Below are positions 38,999 to 51,183 of a stretch of 64,000 nt of DNA, in pieces. The stretch is taken from the NCBI GenBank assembly GCA_002189035.1, contig CM007989.1:3782001-3846000 (forward strand), given 5' to 3'. The stretch comes from Utricularia gibba. Its lineage: Eukaryota > Plantae > Magnoliophyta. Position 1 is the stretch's first letter. Every line of letters begins with the position of its first letter. The notes under the pieces are model-generated. The model saw only the letters and a list, made by a program, of their open reading frames with translations. It was not told the DNA's origin and made no database searches. Both the position numbers and the translations under genes were made by a program.

Positions 38999-40929
38999 CT
39001 AGACTAGCCCATCGGAGGTTCCATGGATGGCAGCCAACTGGTTCGTCGAAAACCTGACGTGGGGGCGAGGCTCCACACGAGATGCCGAGTTCCCATGATT
39101 CTTCCATAGCTTACTGCTCAAGAAGTCCGCGACAGGTAGCTTGCAGCAAATGCAGCTGTTGTTGTGTGACATTCTTAAGGCAGGATCCAAAACAATCTCT
39201 TCTATTGCGAGCTCCAGACCGTGAACGCGTGCTTCCAAGGATTGAATGCCCGTCTGTGAGCTTCCCATGAATCTCTGTATATAGAGAGACAGTCAGTCAG
39301 AAAGCTAATGCAGGGTAGTTGATAGAAGATGGATGCATGGTTTTAATGAACGAACGTACCTGGAAAAGATCCAGGAGACGGGCTTGCTGATCCTCAATCT
39401 GAAGAAGATGGTTTCGGATCAAGGAGATGTCTTCAAAGTCTTTCTGCTGGCTCCTCCGGATCCTGGTTGCTTCATGATCTTCTGGGGGTGATGCTTCTTC
39501 CACTTCCCCATCATCTTCTGGGCCTGAATCGTTCGAATCACGGGGTTCAATGTTGCAGTCAGAAGGCTTCTTAGATTCCAACCTCCTGAACATTGCTCCA
39601 TCTTTTACGTTCAATTTAACATCCAGAGACAGTCTTCTGCGAGCTGAAGATGCAGAATATGGAACTCTGCAGTCGAGTTGGTGGCCATTTTTCTGGATTC
39701 CTGGGGTTTTACAGTCATCTCCATCAGTAGCAATTTCTGCAACCGGAGTAAACAAGCAAAATCAGTAGTCAGCTCTTTGAACCTCAGACCAATTCTTTCC
39801 CCATTGGTGCAATAACATAACTCAAACACCCTCTTGAAAAAGAGCTCAATGAAAATGGTATGAATTACTGCTCTGAGGATACACATATCCAACTTAAGAA
39901 AGTTCCCAGGTAGCACACACCTTTAGAACAAGATGATGAGGCAGGGGATTCCATTGGCAGCGGGAGCTCCTCTGGCAAATCTGGAATCTCTTTCCACGCC
40001 TCGATCATCTGATTCATGGCTTCCCTTACAGCCTTGACCTGACAGAGAATGAATAATCAAAACTCGAAAACAAAATCATACCCAGATTACCAATCACCCC
40101 AGAAAAGCAAAACACAGACCTTGTCAAATCGTTTAGCTTCAAAAGTTTTAAGACAGGAAACTTTGTACTCCAATAGCAAAGCTTTCTCGGCGTACGCCAT
40201 TTTTGTGATAGCTTCGGCAGCGGCTTTTCTCGCCGTCCAGTCCTCACTGACCAAGAATTCCGTTAAACACATCAAAAGATTCTTGATTTCGTTCTTCCCA
40301 CCATCGCCAATGGCTCCCCTCACGCTCACAACGCTTCCAATTAACGCCAAAAGAGCTGCCTTCGCCTTAAAGCTCTCGCATTTCGCTAACTTCTCGAGTC
40401 TGGGAAGCAGTTTTCTCAGGTAAGCGGCGTCAGGATTCGTAGATCCTTCGACTATGGCCGACAAACACAAGGCGGCGCCTGTCTGGTTATTGGGATCCTG
40501 TTGGATGAAGAGAAATTCGAGGAAGGGTTTTGTGATGGTGGTGAAGGGAGGGGATGTGAGATGGGAGGCAAGCGAGAGCGAGGCGGCGATGCAGGCGGAG
40601 CGGACCGAAGAGTCCGGGTCACGGAGGCGACGGATGATGGCTGAGAGAAGTTTCGAGAGGTAAGGGGAGAGGGAGTTGCCGTGGTGCTCCGATAGAAGAG
40701 AAATAAGGCGGACGCATTGTCGCCTCACTGGCGATTTGTCCGACGAGTCAGTGGCGGAGATGGAAGAGAGGAACAGTGGAAGGGATTCCGAGGAGAGGCT
40801 CCTGGCGATTGATTCCAGCTCCGACGCGGCAGCGGCGTGAGTGTCCCGGTCGGAAAGCTTATGCAAGCATGTGAGTACCCGGTGCTTTAGTTCACGTGCC
40901 TCCGCCTGCTTATTTGTAACCGACACCAT
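38999..40929 (-). CDS. TORTIFOLIA1/SPIRAL2-like microtubule-associated HEAT-repeat protein, 4 exons
   Basis: ELKHRVLTCLHKLSDRDT, IIRRLRDPDSSVRSAC, SEDWTARKAAAE, RFDK|VKAVREAMNQMIEAWKEIP, LIRNHLLQIEDQQARLLDLFQ|RFMGSSQTGIQSLEARVHGLE and CCKLPVADFLSSKLWK. ATG 40929 chosen over the upstream TTG start of the ORF track. Confidence 0.9.
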
Positions 40930-42641
40930 CTTCCCACAGAAAGAAAGAGCAATGCCGAAGGCAGATGAACCCAATCCCTCAGGTGGTGGCTCCGACGCAT
41001 GCCGGTGATCTGGCTAGGCCACCAGAGGATCCCAAACGTGTCATTTGCCTTCTGGGTCGTCAGATCAGAGGTGACAAGACACAAATTGCAAAACTTTCCT
41101 TCCCTTTCACCACTATTGAGAAGCTACAAATCCCCCCCGCCCCTCCCCCATATCCGTCTATTTAGCCTTTAAGGAAGGAATTCCAAGCCTCCCCAGATCT
41201 CGAAACAGAACCAAAGAAACGTTGCAATAATTACATCAGTTGGGTGTCCAAAAAAGAAATAATTATGATTTGGTGGCACGTTGATTGTCATTGTGAGGGG
41301 AGCAGACTGCCCTCCCCACTCCACACCCAATCGACACGTCTGTGGTCAACCACTGGCAAGCTCAGCAGAGCCCCCACCCCACCCCACCCCAGCCCCCTGG
41401 TTTGATCTACCCAGCCTAGCGTTGCTGATATGAATGTACAGAAAATCATTCTTCCCGTTGGATTATTCTACTAGATCAGGGCATGATGATGTTCTGTTTT
41501 TCCAAGGATCCAGCCATAATGCAGCTGATATGAGTGAAAGAAAACAGAAAGGGGGTAGTAAATGGTGTCGCCCCGCCTCCCCCTTTGGCTCGCCCATCCT
41601 CCTAATTGCTGCATACCAGCGTTGCAATCAAATGGGATGGAATATTTTTAGTCTGGAAGTAGAAAGGGACAAGGGAAGGAGGGTAATGATGAAGGATGAT
41701 TAATGAAAGTATGAGTAGGGAGGGAGGAACGCCTAAAGCTATTCAAATTCATTTAATGTAGTGGTCCAGTTCCATTGTTTTTTCTTCTGCGCGAGACGAG
41801 AGGGTTCGTGTCCATGGCCATGGAATTGGAACCAAGAGAATAGAGACAGGCAGGTAGGTGCTCCAACTGGTTTCTCCCTTGCTGTAAGAAGATGAGACCA
41901 ACACCTCAGATTCTGCCTGCCTGCCAGCAATGTCGGTTAATTCGACCCAATGATGCATCCTTCCTCAGGCCCAGGGCAACCAGTGTCATAATTACCTTAG
42001 CAGGGTTGGGCCTGCTTGCCTGCCTGAGGCCCTAACATGTACTGTAATGGTTGGTGATCTTCCAGAGTCTCCATTGTCGTCTCAGCTTGCCTGATGATGC
42101 GCTGGCTTCAGCTCTCCTAGATGATGCAAAGATAAAGCTTCAGCTGCTCGTTTTGGGTCAACTGGGAAGATAACATCTGATGAAGGCTGGGATGAAACTA
42201 AGAGAATGAAGCAGAAACCCCAACTGTGCATAAAAACTTCCTTCCTGATCATTCTCCTGCTACATGTTTGTTGATTTTATTACGGGCTGCTAACAATGGT
42301 AATCACTTAGCCTTCCTAAAGTTCACTTCAACTCTAAGCTTGGCTGGCAATCCTGCCGGGCGAATAATCAACCCCAGTGGTTGAACTTGGACCACACAGA
42401 ACAAATGTATGTAAGCTGCAATGAATATTAATATTATATTCGAGAGAGATCAGAGTGAATAACTCTTTCCGCAGGTAAACAGAGGAATCATGATCGTGAT
42501 TTAATTCAATGCTAAATGCCCCTTTGGCTTTCACCTTCACCAGGAATAGCTGTAGCTAGTTCTTACAAGCAAAACACAAATGCAGGCAGGGTAGGGTAAT
42601 GGCCTTCAGATGCAGCCATGCAACTCCCAGTTTATCTTATC

Positions 42642-43635
42642 TCAGTAAGGGGGGCCCGTGATTGTGCGGTTCAGCCTCGCGGTAATCGCTTCAAGCTTCA
42701 TGGACAGGAACTGGAGGAGACAGCAGACCAAGTTAGTTTCAACATGAAAAAGGTGTCAAAATGGAAAATTTGGTGACGCGTACCTCAACTTGGCGCTGCA
42801 GGGATTGGATGTAGTTGATGATTTCATCCAGAATAAGAGCTTTTCCAATTATCTGGAGACGATTTGAAAGGAAACCAACTATCGTCATTGAAAGAGAACA
42901 AGGGAAAGAAATGTTGCTGGATAATTTACAGCCACCCTCACCTTGTTACATCCTGGTACCAAGTCCTGTAAGATCTTCATTCTCTCACTTATCTTTTCTC
43001 TCCGAGCCTGAGGAAAAAGAAAAAACCGGGAGAATCAAAAGAGCAAGCAGGAAAGGTGTGGACTTAAACGTAGTATCTAGTTAATAAAAGAGTTACTCTT
43101 TCAGCAAGACTGTGGCTATCAGTAGCCTGGCCCCTTCTCGCCCGGACATGGATATAATCCTTTGGCGGCTCGGGCTTATTCTTACCTTCAAATGGCTTTG
43201 CACCCGAACTCTCTTCCCCCTCTGCCCTGGAACCACAATATCCTTCTCCCATTTTGGAGGCCTTCGCCCGCTTCGCATTCAACTTGGCCTGCAGGCACAA
43301 GGGAGAAAAGGACAGTGTGAGTCCGTGTCAAAAGATCCCAGAACCCAGCACTCAAAACCGAGAAAGAGTACCAAATCTTGATTAGCGCTACTGGTTGACA
43401 CAAGGCCATCATCAAAAGAACTCCAGGCCTCTCTGCGGCGCTTTCCAGCACCGCCACTGTGGTCGGTGACAGTTGACTCCTCAAGAGAGCAATCCCCTCC
43501 TCCGCCACTTCCCGCGCCCCCAATTCTGAGAGCCAGTCCTCCTCCGGTGCGCATTGGCGACGAGAGCAAGGCAGCCAAGGTGTGGGAAGAAGGGCTGGGT
43601 GCAGCCGCCCCGTTGACCAATGGTGGTGGATCCAT
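42642..43635 (-). CDS. bHLH transcription factor, BIGPETAL/bHLH79/CIB-like subfamily; 3' end uncertain
   Basis: MDPPPLVN..., [24 protein letters not shown]|[22 protein letters not shown]|...[21 protein letters not shown]|FLSMKLEA. As assembled the frame stops at TGA 42642-42644. Confidence 0.9.
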
Positions 43636-44338
43636 ACCTCCCTCCGGTGAAACCTACAACACTACGCACACCGAGTTCCAGAAAAAAAGGGTGGGCTGGG
43701 GAATTGAATGGCAATGGCTGCCTGCGTCTACGGTATGCGGGCAGGCGAAAAAACAGAAACACTGGTGTCAGTGAACAGAGTGAGTGAATGCGTTAAATTT
43801 AAAGAGACAAGGAAGGAAGGGATGTCAAGGGCAGCCTAAATTTGCAAATCTACCCCCAGGCGTCACCCCCAATCCATATTAATTAATTAATTATATTATT
43901 TAACACTTTAAAATATTCTCATAGTACTTTTAGTTATATTTACCAAAGAGTATTATTTACGTGAATTTTATTAATCAAAAAAATTTTAATTTTTTTCGAA
44001 TACATGAAAGAACAATAGATATATTCTTTAAATAATTTCATAATTCTTTTAATGATTGGGTTTCTTAATTAGATGAGTTTGAATTTTATTTTTTTATATC
44101 TTTTCCAAATGCAATAATATTTTAAATTTTTTTTGTAATACCTACTTATTAAATATACTTTCAATTATAGTTACATAAACTATGATACATGAATTCAAAT
44201 ATATTATTAATTAAAATACCTTATCCATGACATTCACCCAAAAAAGTATTTATTAAAATAGTTGTATGTAATTGAGAAAAATGGTTACTCTGATTTTATC
44301 TTCACGTAATACAATGACGAATATTTTTATTACACACT

Positions 44339-44522
44339 CTGTTTGGTGCAATTTCAACTTTAATAAAAGTATTTCTAAAAGTAATCATCGAACAAAACAC
44401 TCACTATTTATGCTTCACATTAAATTAAAATAATGAAATACTTTTAATTTTTTTATTCCAAAAAACTGAAATGCTTCAGAATCACTTTTTTGAAATCTAT
44501 TTTTTAGAGGTGCACTAAACAG
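44339..44522. mobile_element. Putative Tourist/PIF-Harbinger-like MITE in an AT-rich intergenic tract
   Basis: Inverted repeat CTGTTTGGTGCA (44339-44350) and TGCACTAAACAG (44511-44522), 11/12 match, around an AT-rich interior. TGTTTGG...CCAAACA-type ends are typical of Tourist MITEs. No TSD confirmed. Confidence 0.45.
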
Positions 44523-44740
44523 ACATTTAGATAAGGATGATCAATTTTCTAATACAACTTAATGCTAAACATCATATCTCATCCTAATTTCCAGCAATTA
44601 AATCATTATTGATTAACCTAAAATAGTCACGAAAATAAATATAAAAAATGATGATTTAATGCTTCCAATTGTGGGACCACAAAGGATAGGGGCAGGCACA
44701 CTCAGCATCACCCCCAAATTGAAGACCTCCTTCGGCCCTG

Positions 44741-44763
44741 GGGCACGGGCACGGGCACGGGCA
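44741..44763. repeat. (GGGCAC)x4 microsatellite between the divergent bHLH and DnaJ genes
   Basis: gggcac gggcac gggcac gggca read directly. Confidence 0.85.
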
Positions 44764-45398
44764 GCGTTAGGCCTGCCGCTGCTGCTCGGCTCAGCCGGTG
44801 GGCAGCTAAGATGAGCACCGGGAAGCCTACCAGGCTGCCACGCTCCAGCTATCTGACGACAATGGCAGGATTAGGTTTTGGTTTTGGGGCCGCCTTTCGC
44901 ACCCATTTTATTTACTGCTACAGACTGTTTCACTCGACTTGTATGCGGAACAACCGATGCAGCAGTGTAACTGGAGTTGAAAAACTAGATCTTCCTTTTG
45001 TTTTTTCTGTGGGGGGTGGGTGGGAATGGAGTGGAGGAGGAGGTGAGCTGGTTTCCTGGGCTAATGAAACTGATTGATAAGCTTTGTAATAATGTGGGAA
45101 ATGTATGATGTTAGCCGGAGAAGTAGGGGGCGGGTACTGCCTGAGTTTACGGAACTGGGCTTGGTTAAGGAAGACTGGCCCGGGTAAATGGGCTCGGGGA
45201 GGGGGGGGGGGGCATCCGCAACGGTTTTCCTTGCTTGGTTGGTACCACTCGAAAGGCGAAGATTTTTCCGGTGGCCCCTTTTTAATTTGTTTGTTTCGGT
45301 GTGGCTATCCGCCGCTGTGGCCTCGACCGCTCCGACGCTGCCAGGTTGCTGCTTCACCGACGGAGAGGGGGGTGGGGGATTCTGAATTGGGAAGGGAA

Positions 45399-46471
45399 AT
45401 GGGGGTGGATTACTACAACATCCTGAAGGTGAATCGTGGTGCTAGCGATGAGGATTTGAAGAAGGCGTACCGCCGCCTCGCCATGATTTGGCATCCTGAT
45501 AAGAATTTGAATAAGGTGGAAGCGGAGGCCAAATTCAAGCAGCTTTCTGAGGCGTATGACGTTCTCAGTGACCCACAGAAGCGTCAGATCTATGATCTTT
45601 ACGGCGAGGAGGGCCTCAAATCCGGACAATTCCCACCTCCTCCGCGCGGCACCGCCTGGACGCCGAATAACAAGGGGGCTTCCTACCACCGTCCCAACCC
45701 TAATTTTCGCTTCAATCCAAGAAACGCCGATGATATTTATGCCGAGTTTTTCGGGGAGACCAGTAGCAGCAGCGCTAAGAGGGACGGCCACAATAGGACC
45801 GCTACTATGAACGGCGGAGTCGGCAGACAGCACATGAAGAAACCGCCGCCTGTGGAGAATTTTCTTACCTGTTCTCTGGAAGAACTTTACTCTGGCTCCA
45901 CAAGGAAGATGAAGATTTCAAGAAGTCTCATTGACTCTAACGGGTACGTGGTGATCTTTACGTCAAATTTCCTTCCTCCGCCGGAAGGGCCGCCCGCTTT
46001 ACGTTCTTTATCTTGCATTGCTGCAGCCAATCCCAGACTTTGGAGGAAATACTGACAATCGACGTCAAGCCTGGGTGGAAAAAGGGCACAAAGATAACTT
46101 TCCCCGAGAAGGGAAATGAAGAACCTGGCATCATCCCTGCAGACCTCGTTTTTGTGGTTGATGAAAGACCTCACCCTGTTTACACAAGAAATGGCAATGA
46201 TTTGGTAGTCAAGCAGGAGATAACGCTTCTCGAGTCCCTCGTTGGAAAAGTTATGGAGATCACCACACTTGATAGAAGAAGTTTGATGGTCCCTGTGGCT
46301 GAGATTGTCAAACCTGGTCATGAGATTGTGGTCCCAAATGAAGGAATGCCTCTTCCAAAAGATCCCAGAAAGAAGGGAAACTTGAAGGTCATCATCGATG
46401 TTCGGTATCCAAAGAAGCTCAGTGAAACGCAGAAGCATGAACTGAGGGAAATTTTAGGAAGAAGCTCATGA
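45399..46471 (+). CDS. Class B (type II) DnaJ/Hsp40 co-chaperone, 2 exons (intron 45944-46026 approx.)
   Basis: [11 protein letters not shown]...WHPDKN...[22 protein letters not shown] (J domain), [26 protein letters not shown] and [20 protein letters not shown]...VPNEGMP (C-terminal domain). Confidence 0.96.
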
Positions 46472-46838
46472 GCTTGTGAGGTGTGGAGGGTACTGGGAAA
46501 CACTTCTGCTCTAGTTTGTGAATATCAATTACTGTTGATAGCAGCTCTATGAAAGGAAGCATGTATTGGATTCATTTTTTGATAGATATTCTAGGCGTGG
46601 TGAAGGTTGACCTAACCGACCCAACTTCATTCTTGTCTTTCTTTCAATGTACTCTCGAGGTTGGCGGTTTCATGGATGCTAGCTACTGAACTATATAGTT
46701 TCTTGTGTTCATCCTCCTCGGTGAGGTACTATGCTAGCCTCTCTGTTTTGGATGATCATTACATTTGAGCTATCTGATCATAAAATGGCCTCTGTTCTGT
46801 ATTTTGCACTTTACACCAACTCTTATCATATACCAATG

Positions 46839-46900
46839 TGATCGGTTCGAAACGAGTTTTAAAACGGTATGATCGGTTCAAAACGAGTTTTAAAACGGTA
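46839..46900. repeat. 31-bp direct tandem duplication (1 mismatch)
   Basis: tgatcggttcgaaacgagttttaaaacggta followed by tgatcggttcaaaacgagttttaaaacggta. Confidence 0.9.
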
Positions 46901-48292
46901 TGTTGTGTGTACTGTAAATCATCACTGTTTGGAGTATATTACATCAGAAAATGAATGGTGTTTCTAGGCACCCTTTGCACTTGGTATCTCCCAAGCCCAT
47001 GTACAAGATCACATCGTAAACTCAAAATTTTACATTAGTCTATTATAATCGAATGTTTGGAAAATCGTAAATGCCCTTCAAGTCAAAATTGAGTCTCGAA
47101 TCGCATTGTTCCAAACGTTCTCATTATTTTGTGATACAATTGAAGGTTAATATAAGATTATCTTTTGAGAAATCTATCTAAGACAATTTTAAAAACAATG
47201 GAGATGTGCCTATTGAGCATTCCATGTCAAATAATATCTGATGCACATGTCATAGAATTAAAATTGAAAATTTGTTTGTTACATAGATTTTATAGATATG
47301 TATTTCAAATGATATTATATTTAATATATATGATTAAAATACATAATTTTAAAAAACTTAATAACACATTCAATTGTAACATTCATTATTATTAATACCT
47401 GATTCAATTAATGGGATCCATAAAAATAAAAAATAAAACTAAAGGGTCAAAATGGAAAGACAGAATCATTAACAAGGTCAAAATTTTTATACTAAGGATA
47501 ACCAATTTTATAGCACACTCATAAACGGATGCCATTTTTCTAATACACCCTTTTTATATCTCACATATTAAAATAAAAAATTAATATTAAAATTGATGAA
47601 AATTAGTAATCGTAACTCAATTAATTTTAATAATTAATTAAATTATACATGAATATACAGTATTGGAATCTGTGATTTAACCCATGACATGGACTGTGGA
47701 CACGTCAAATCAGGGAAAATAGCAGTGTTTTCATGGCCGGGTGTCAAGAAACCCGGTCTGCCATTGGGCCTGGCTCTTACCGGTTAAACCGGAAACCGGT
47801 TCGCCGAACCCCAGGCCAAAATTTGTTTGATGTGGTTTTAAAACAATATAATCCTAATTACAATATAAAGTAAGAAATGAAAATAAAAAAATGTTTTGAG
47901 AGGAGGGATTCTTGTTCCGCGTTTGACCGGTTGACCCGGGGGTTGAATCCGGTTTAGAAGGCCTGGCAAATAGTGAAGTAAAGATGAAGAAGCATGTGCT
48001 TCATTGATTATTCCACACCCAACCCGACACGAACAAGGAGGCATATGCTTTTGGATTTCCACTGAGTCGCAAGACATGACCCCAGATGATACTCGAGAGC
48101 ACTAAACTTTTTCTCTGTACCATCGGCATCTACAGCGCGATTCCACGCAATCCTTCTCTCACAACTAAAGCCAATTTCAGCCTGCATTCTCTGGGTTTAC
48201 ATAAAAATCGGGTCTTGCTTCAGTTCTCTCTACTGTAGGGGCTAACTGGGGGAGGCCTGAGATTTGTTTAGATCCGTTTGTTTAGTAAGAGA

Positions 48293-50700
48293 ATGACTCT
48301 GGCTGATTACGGGAAAGTAGGGGAGCAGGAGGAGGATGAGGAGGAGGAGAATCCTCCTGCTAGTCTTGAGTATGAAGTCACTTCTAGGCCTAGGCGAATT
48401 GCTCTATTTGTTGAGCCATCACCTTTTGCGTAAGTTGTCAAAGTTACTGTCTTTTTTGTTGTTGAAAGCCACTGATGATGTTCCCTGGATCAGGATTTCG
48501 TTTCCTTGCCGATTTTAACTTCTTTAGACTTCGAATTGTGCTTTTTGATATTTGGGGTTTAAGGTGGATGGCATCCTTTTCGGTTGATGAACGCTTTTGA
48601 AGCGTATACCACAGAATGGGTAACCTACTGTGAAGGATTTCTCTTTGTTACTGCGACACCGCTTGATGCTTAAAAGTTATTTGGGTCCATATAAAGCAAT
48701 ATGCCTGGCTGCATTTGAGTTTTCGTGATGTGGGATTTGATGAGATCTTGAAAATGGATGCAGATATGTCTCTGGATATAAGAACAGATTCCAGAATTTC
48801 ATCAAGTATTTACGCGAAATGGGTGATGAGGTATGCCTTTTTGTAAAGACAGCATTTTTAATCCTGCATATGCATGATAACATGGTATTCATGGAAATGG
48901 GATCTTGTATCCAGGTTCTGGTTGTAACAACACATGAAGGGGTGCCGCGGGAATTCTATGGTGCAAAGCTCATAGGCTCAAGAAGGTATTTCTTCTTCTC
49001 CTTCTTCTTTTCAGGTAGGAACTTATCATTGTTTCAATGATTTTATTGCTCACTGAATGCATCTGTTGGCAGCTTCCCTTGTCCCTGGTATCAAAAGGTC
49101 CCCCTATCACTTGCACTCAGTCCAAGAATAATCTCAGCAGTTGCTCAATTCAAGCCTGACATTATACATGCTTCATCTCCTGGAATCATGGTGCATGCTC
49201 TACCTTGGCTCCTAGCAGGGCACCCTTTCCTGAGCTAGCTTGCTACGGTTAACCATTAACCTCAATGTGTGTTCAGGTTTTCGGCGCTCTTGTCATCGCG
49301 AAGATGCTCTCAGTTCCTCTAGTGATGTCGTACCATACCCATGTCCCTGTGTATGTCCTGAAACTCTTCCACTCTGTTGTGCTTCCTAGTGTTCATATTG
49401 CAGGTGTTCATAATGGTTGATGAACCTGCAGATACATCCCAAGATACACATGGAGTTGGCTTGTCAAACCGATGTGGTGGATCATCAGTATGTGATAGAA
49501 ATCATAGTCTTGTTGATGGGGTTGTTTCTGTTACCCTGATTATAATGTCCAACCTGGTTGTTCCCCAGAGTTCCTGCATGGTTCTGCTGATCTCACCCTG
49601 GTGCCTTCGGCTGCGATTGGAAAGGATCTTGAGGCAGAGAAAGTGACAACAGGTGAAGTATGGATAACCAGATATGCCTGTGGAGTCAAGTTTTTCTGAT
49701 GTTCTTCTGTTACCTTTGATGAACTTCCAGCTAACCGGATACGCCTGTGGAACAAGGGTGTTGATTCGGAGAGTTTCCACCCACGGTTCCGTTCGGATGA
49801 GATGAGGCTAAGATTAAGGTGAAGCATCTTTGTCACACAATTCTGCACTTCTGTTAACTGATGATACTCTTCCTGCACTAGTGGCGGCGAACCGGAGAAG
49901 CCACTGATAGTTCATGTGGGGCGGCTTGGGGTTGAGAAGAGCTTGGATTTTCTCAAGGGGTACTTGTTCTGTTTTAACCAAAGAGCTTCTCTGATCTTAA
50001 AAGTGTTCCTGCTTGACACAATGTGGATGAACAGGGTCATGAGCAGGTTGCCAGAAGCACGAATTGCCTTCATAGGCGATGGCCCTTACAGGTACTACTG
50101 CAGTATCCAATCACCCTCCAGAGACTGATGCAAGCAACCATATTGTCCTTGTAAGGTTCTGAACCTGCCATTGTGTACTTACTAATCTGTTGTTTTCTGT
50201 TCCATAGACCAGAGCTGGAGCAGCTATTCACCGGCATGCCGGCAGTGTTCACTGGGATGCTGCAAGGAGAAGAGCTTTCACAGGCGTACGCCAGTGGAGA
50301 TGTCTTCGTGATGCCATCAGAATCTGAGACCCTCGGGCTTGTGGTTCTGGAGGCCATGTCCTCTGGGCTCCCTGTCGTCGCTGCTCGTGCCGGTGGGATC
50401 CCGGATATCATACCGGACGAACAGCAAGGGAAAACAGGGTACCTGTTCAACCCAGGAGATCTTGAGGACTGCCTCAGGAAGCTGAAACCCCTCCTGCATG
50501 ACAAAGAGCTAAGGGAGGCCATCGGGAAGGCAGCTCGTTTGGAAACAGAGAAGTACGACTGGAAGGCAGCAACGAGGAAAATACGCAATGAGAACTACAA
50601 TGCTGCAATCTGGTTTTGGAGGAGGAAGAAGGCGGAGTTCCTGCGGCCCTTGCAGTGGGTATTCCGACGCTTCTTCCATGTTCCTGCGATTGGAATGTGA
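48293..50700 (+). CDS. SQD2: Sulfoquinovosyl transferase SQD2 (GT4 family), multi-exon; true start may be 48086
   Basis: RPRRIALFVEPSPF|AYVSGYKNRFQNFIKYLREMGDE|VLVVTTHEG, PDIIHASSPGIM, SYHTHVP, RLWNKGVDSESFHP, GEELSQAYASGDVFVMPSESETLGLVVLEAMSSG and YDWKAATRKIRNENYNAAIWFWR. Confidence 0.96.
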
Positions 50701-51183
50701 AGAAAAGAAGGTACCGTATGATTTTTAAGGGAACTCAGTTTTCTTCCAAGAGACAGCAGAATGAAGTAATCATTAGTTTGAAGATGCACTGAATTGAATA
50801 TTCCTCCGGTTGTCTATCATTGGACTGTAAAATGCACTGAAGAACACAGTAGGTGGTTAATATGATCAAGATATCAATATGTCCGCAAAAGGGACAAGAA
50901 ACTCGCATCAAGCTGCATATATTCACATTGGATTCAGATGGTTTACCCAAAAGACCTACAAATGAATCAACTAAAGACAAGGAATGAGCTGCTGCAAAAG
51001 GGGGGTCGGGAAGCAGTAATTTATTGTACAACAAAAGGCTGAAGCTATCTGCTAATGCTGGCTAATCCCACTGTGATATAGAAATGTAAAAAGCAAGTAA
51101 AAGCTTTTCTACCAGAAACAGCCCCATGAAGTGGTGATGAGATTCAGAGGAGGTGGCTTCAGTCATCGAATCTTCTGCCATCA

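Noticed and set aside
41963-42029. Possible miRNA hairpin (CCTCAGGC...GCCTGAGG)
   Set aside because: The stem is short and interrupted, with no 21-nt well-paired duplex and no match to conserved miRNAs I recognise.
45105-45398. 98-codon in-frame N-terminal extension of DnaJ
   Set aside because: GC-rich, low-complexity leader with a G run of uncertain length; class B DnaJ homologues start at MGVDYY. Not excluded, but unsupported.
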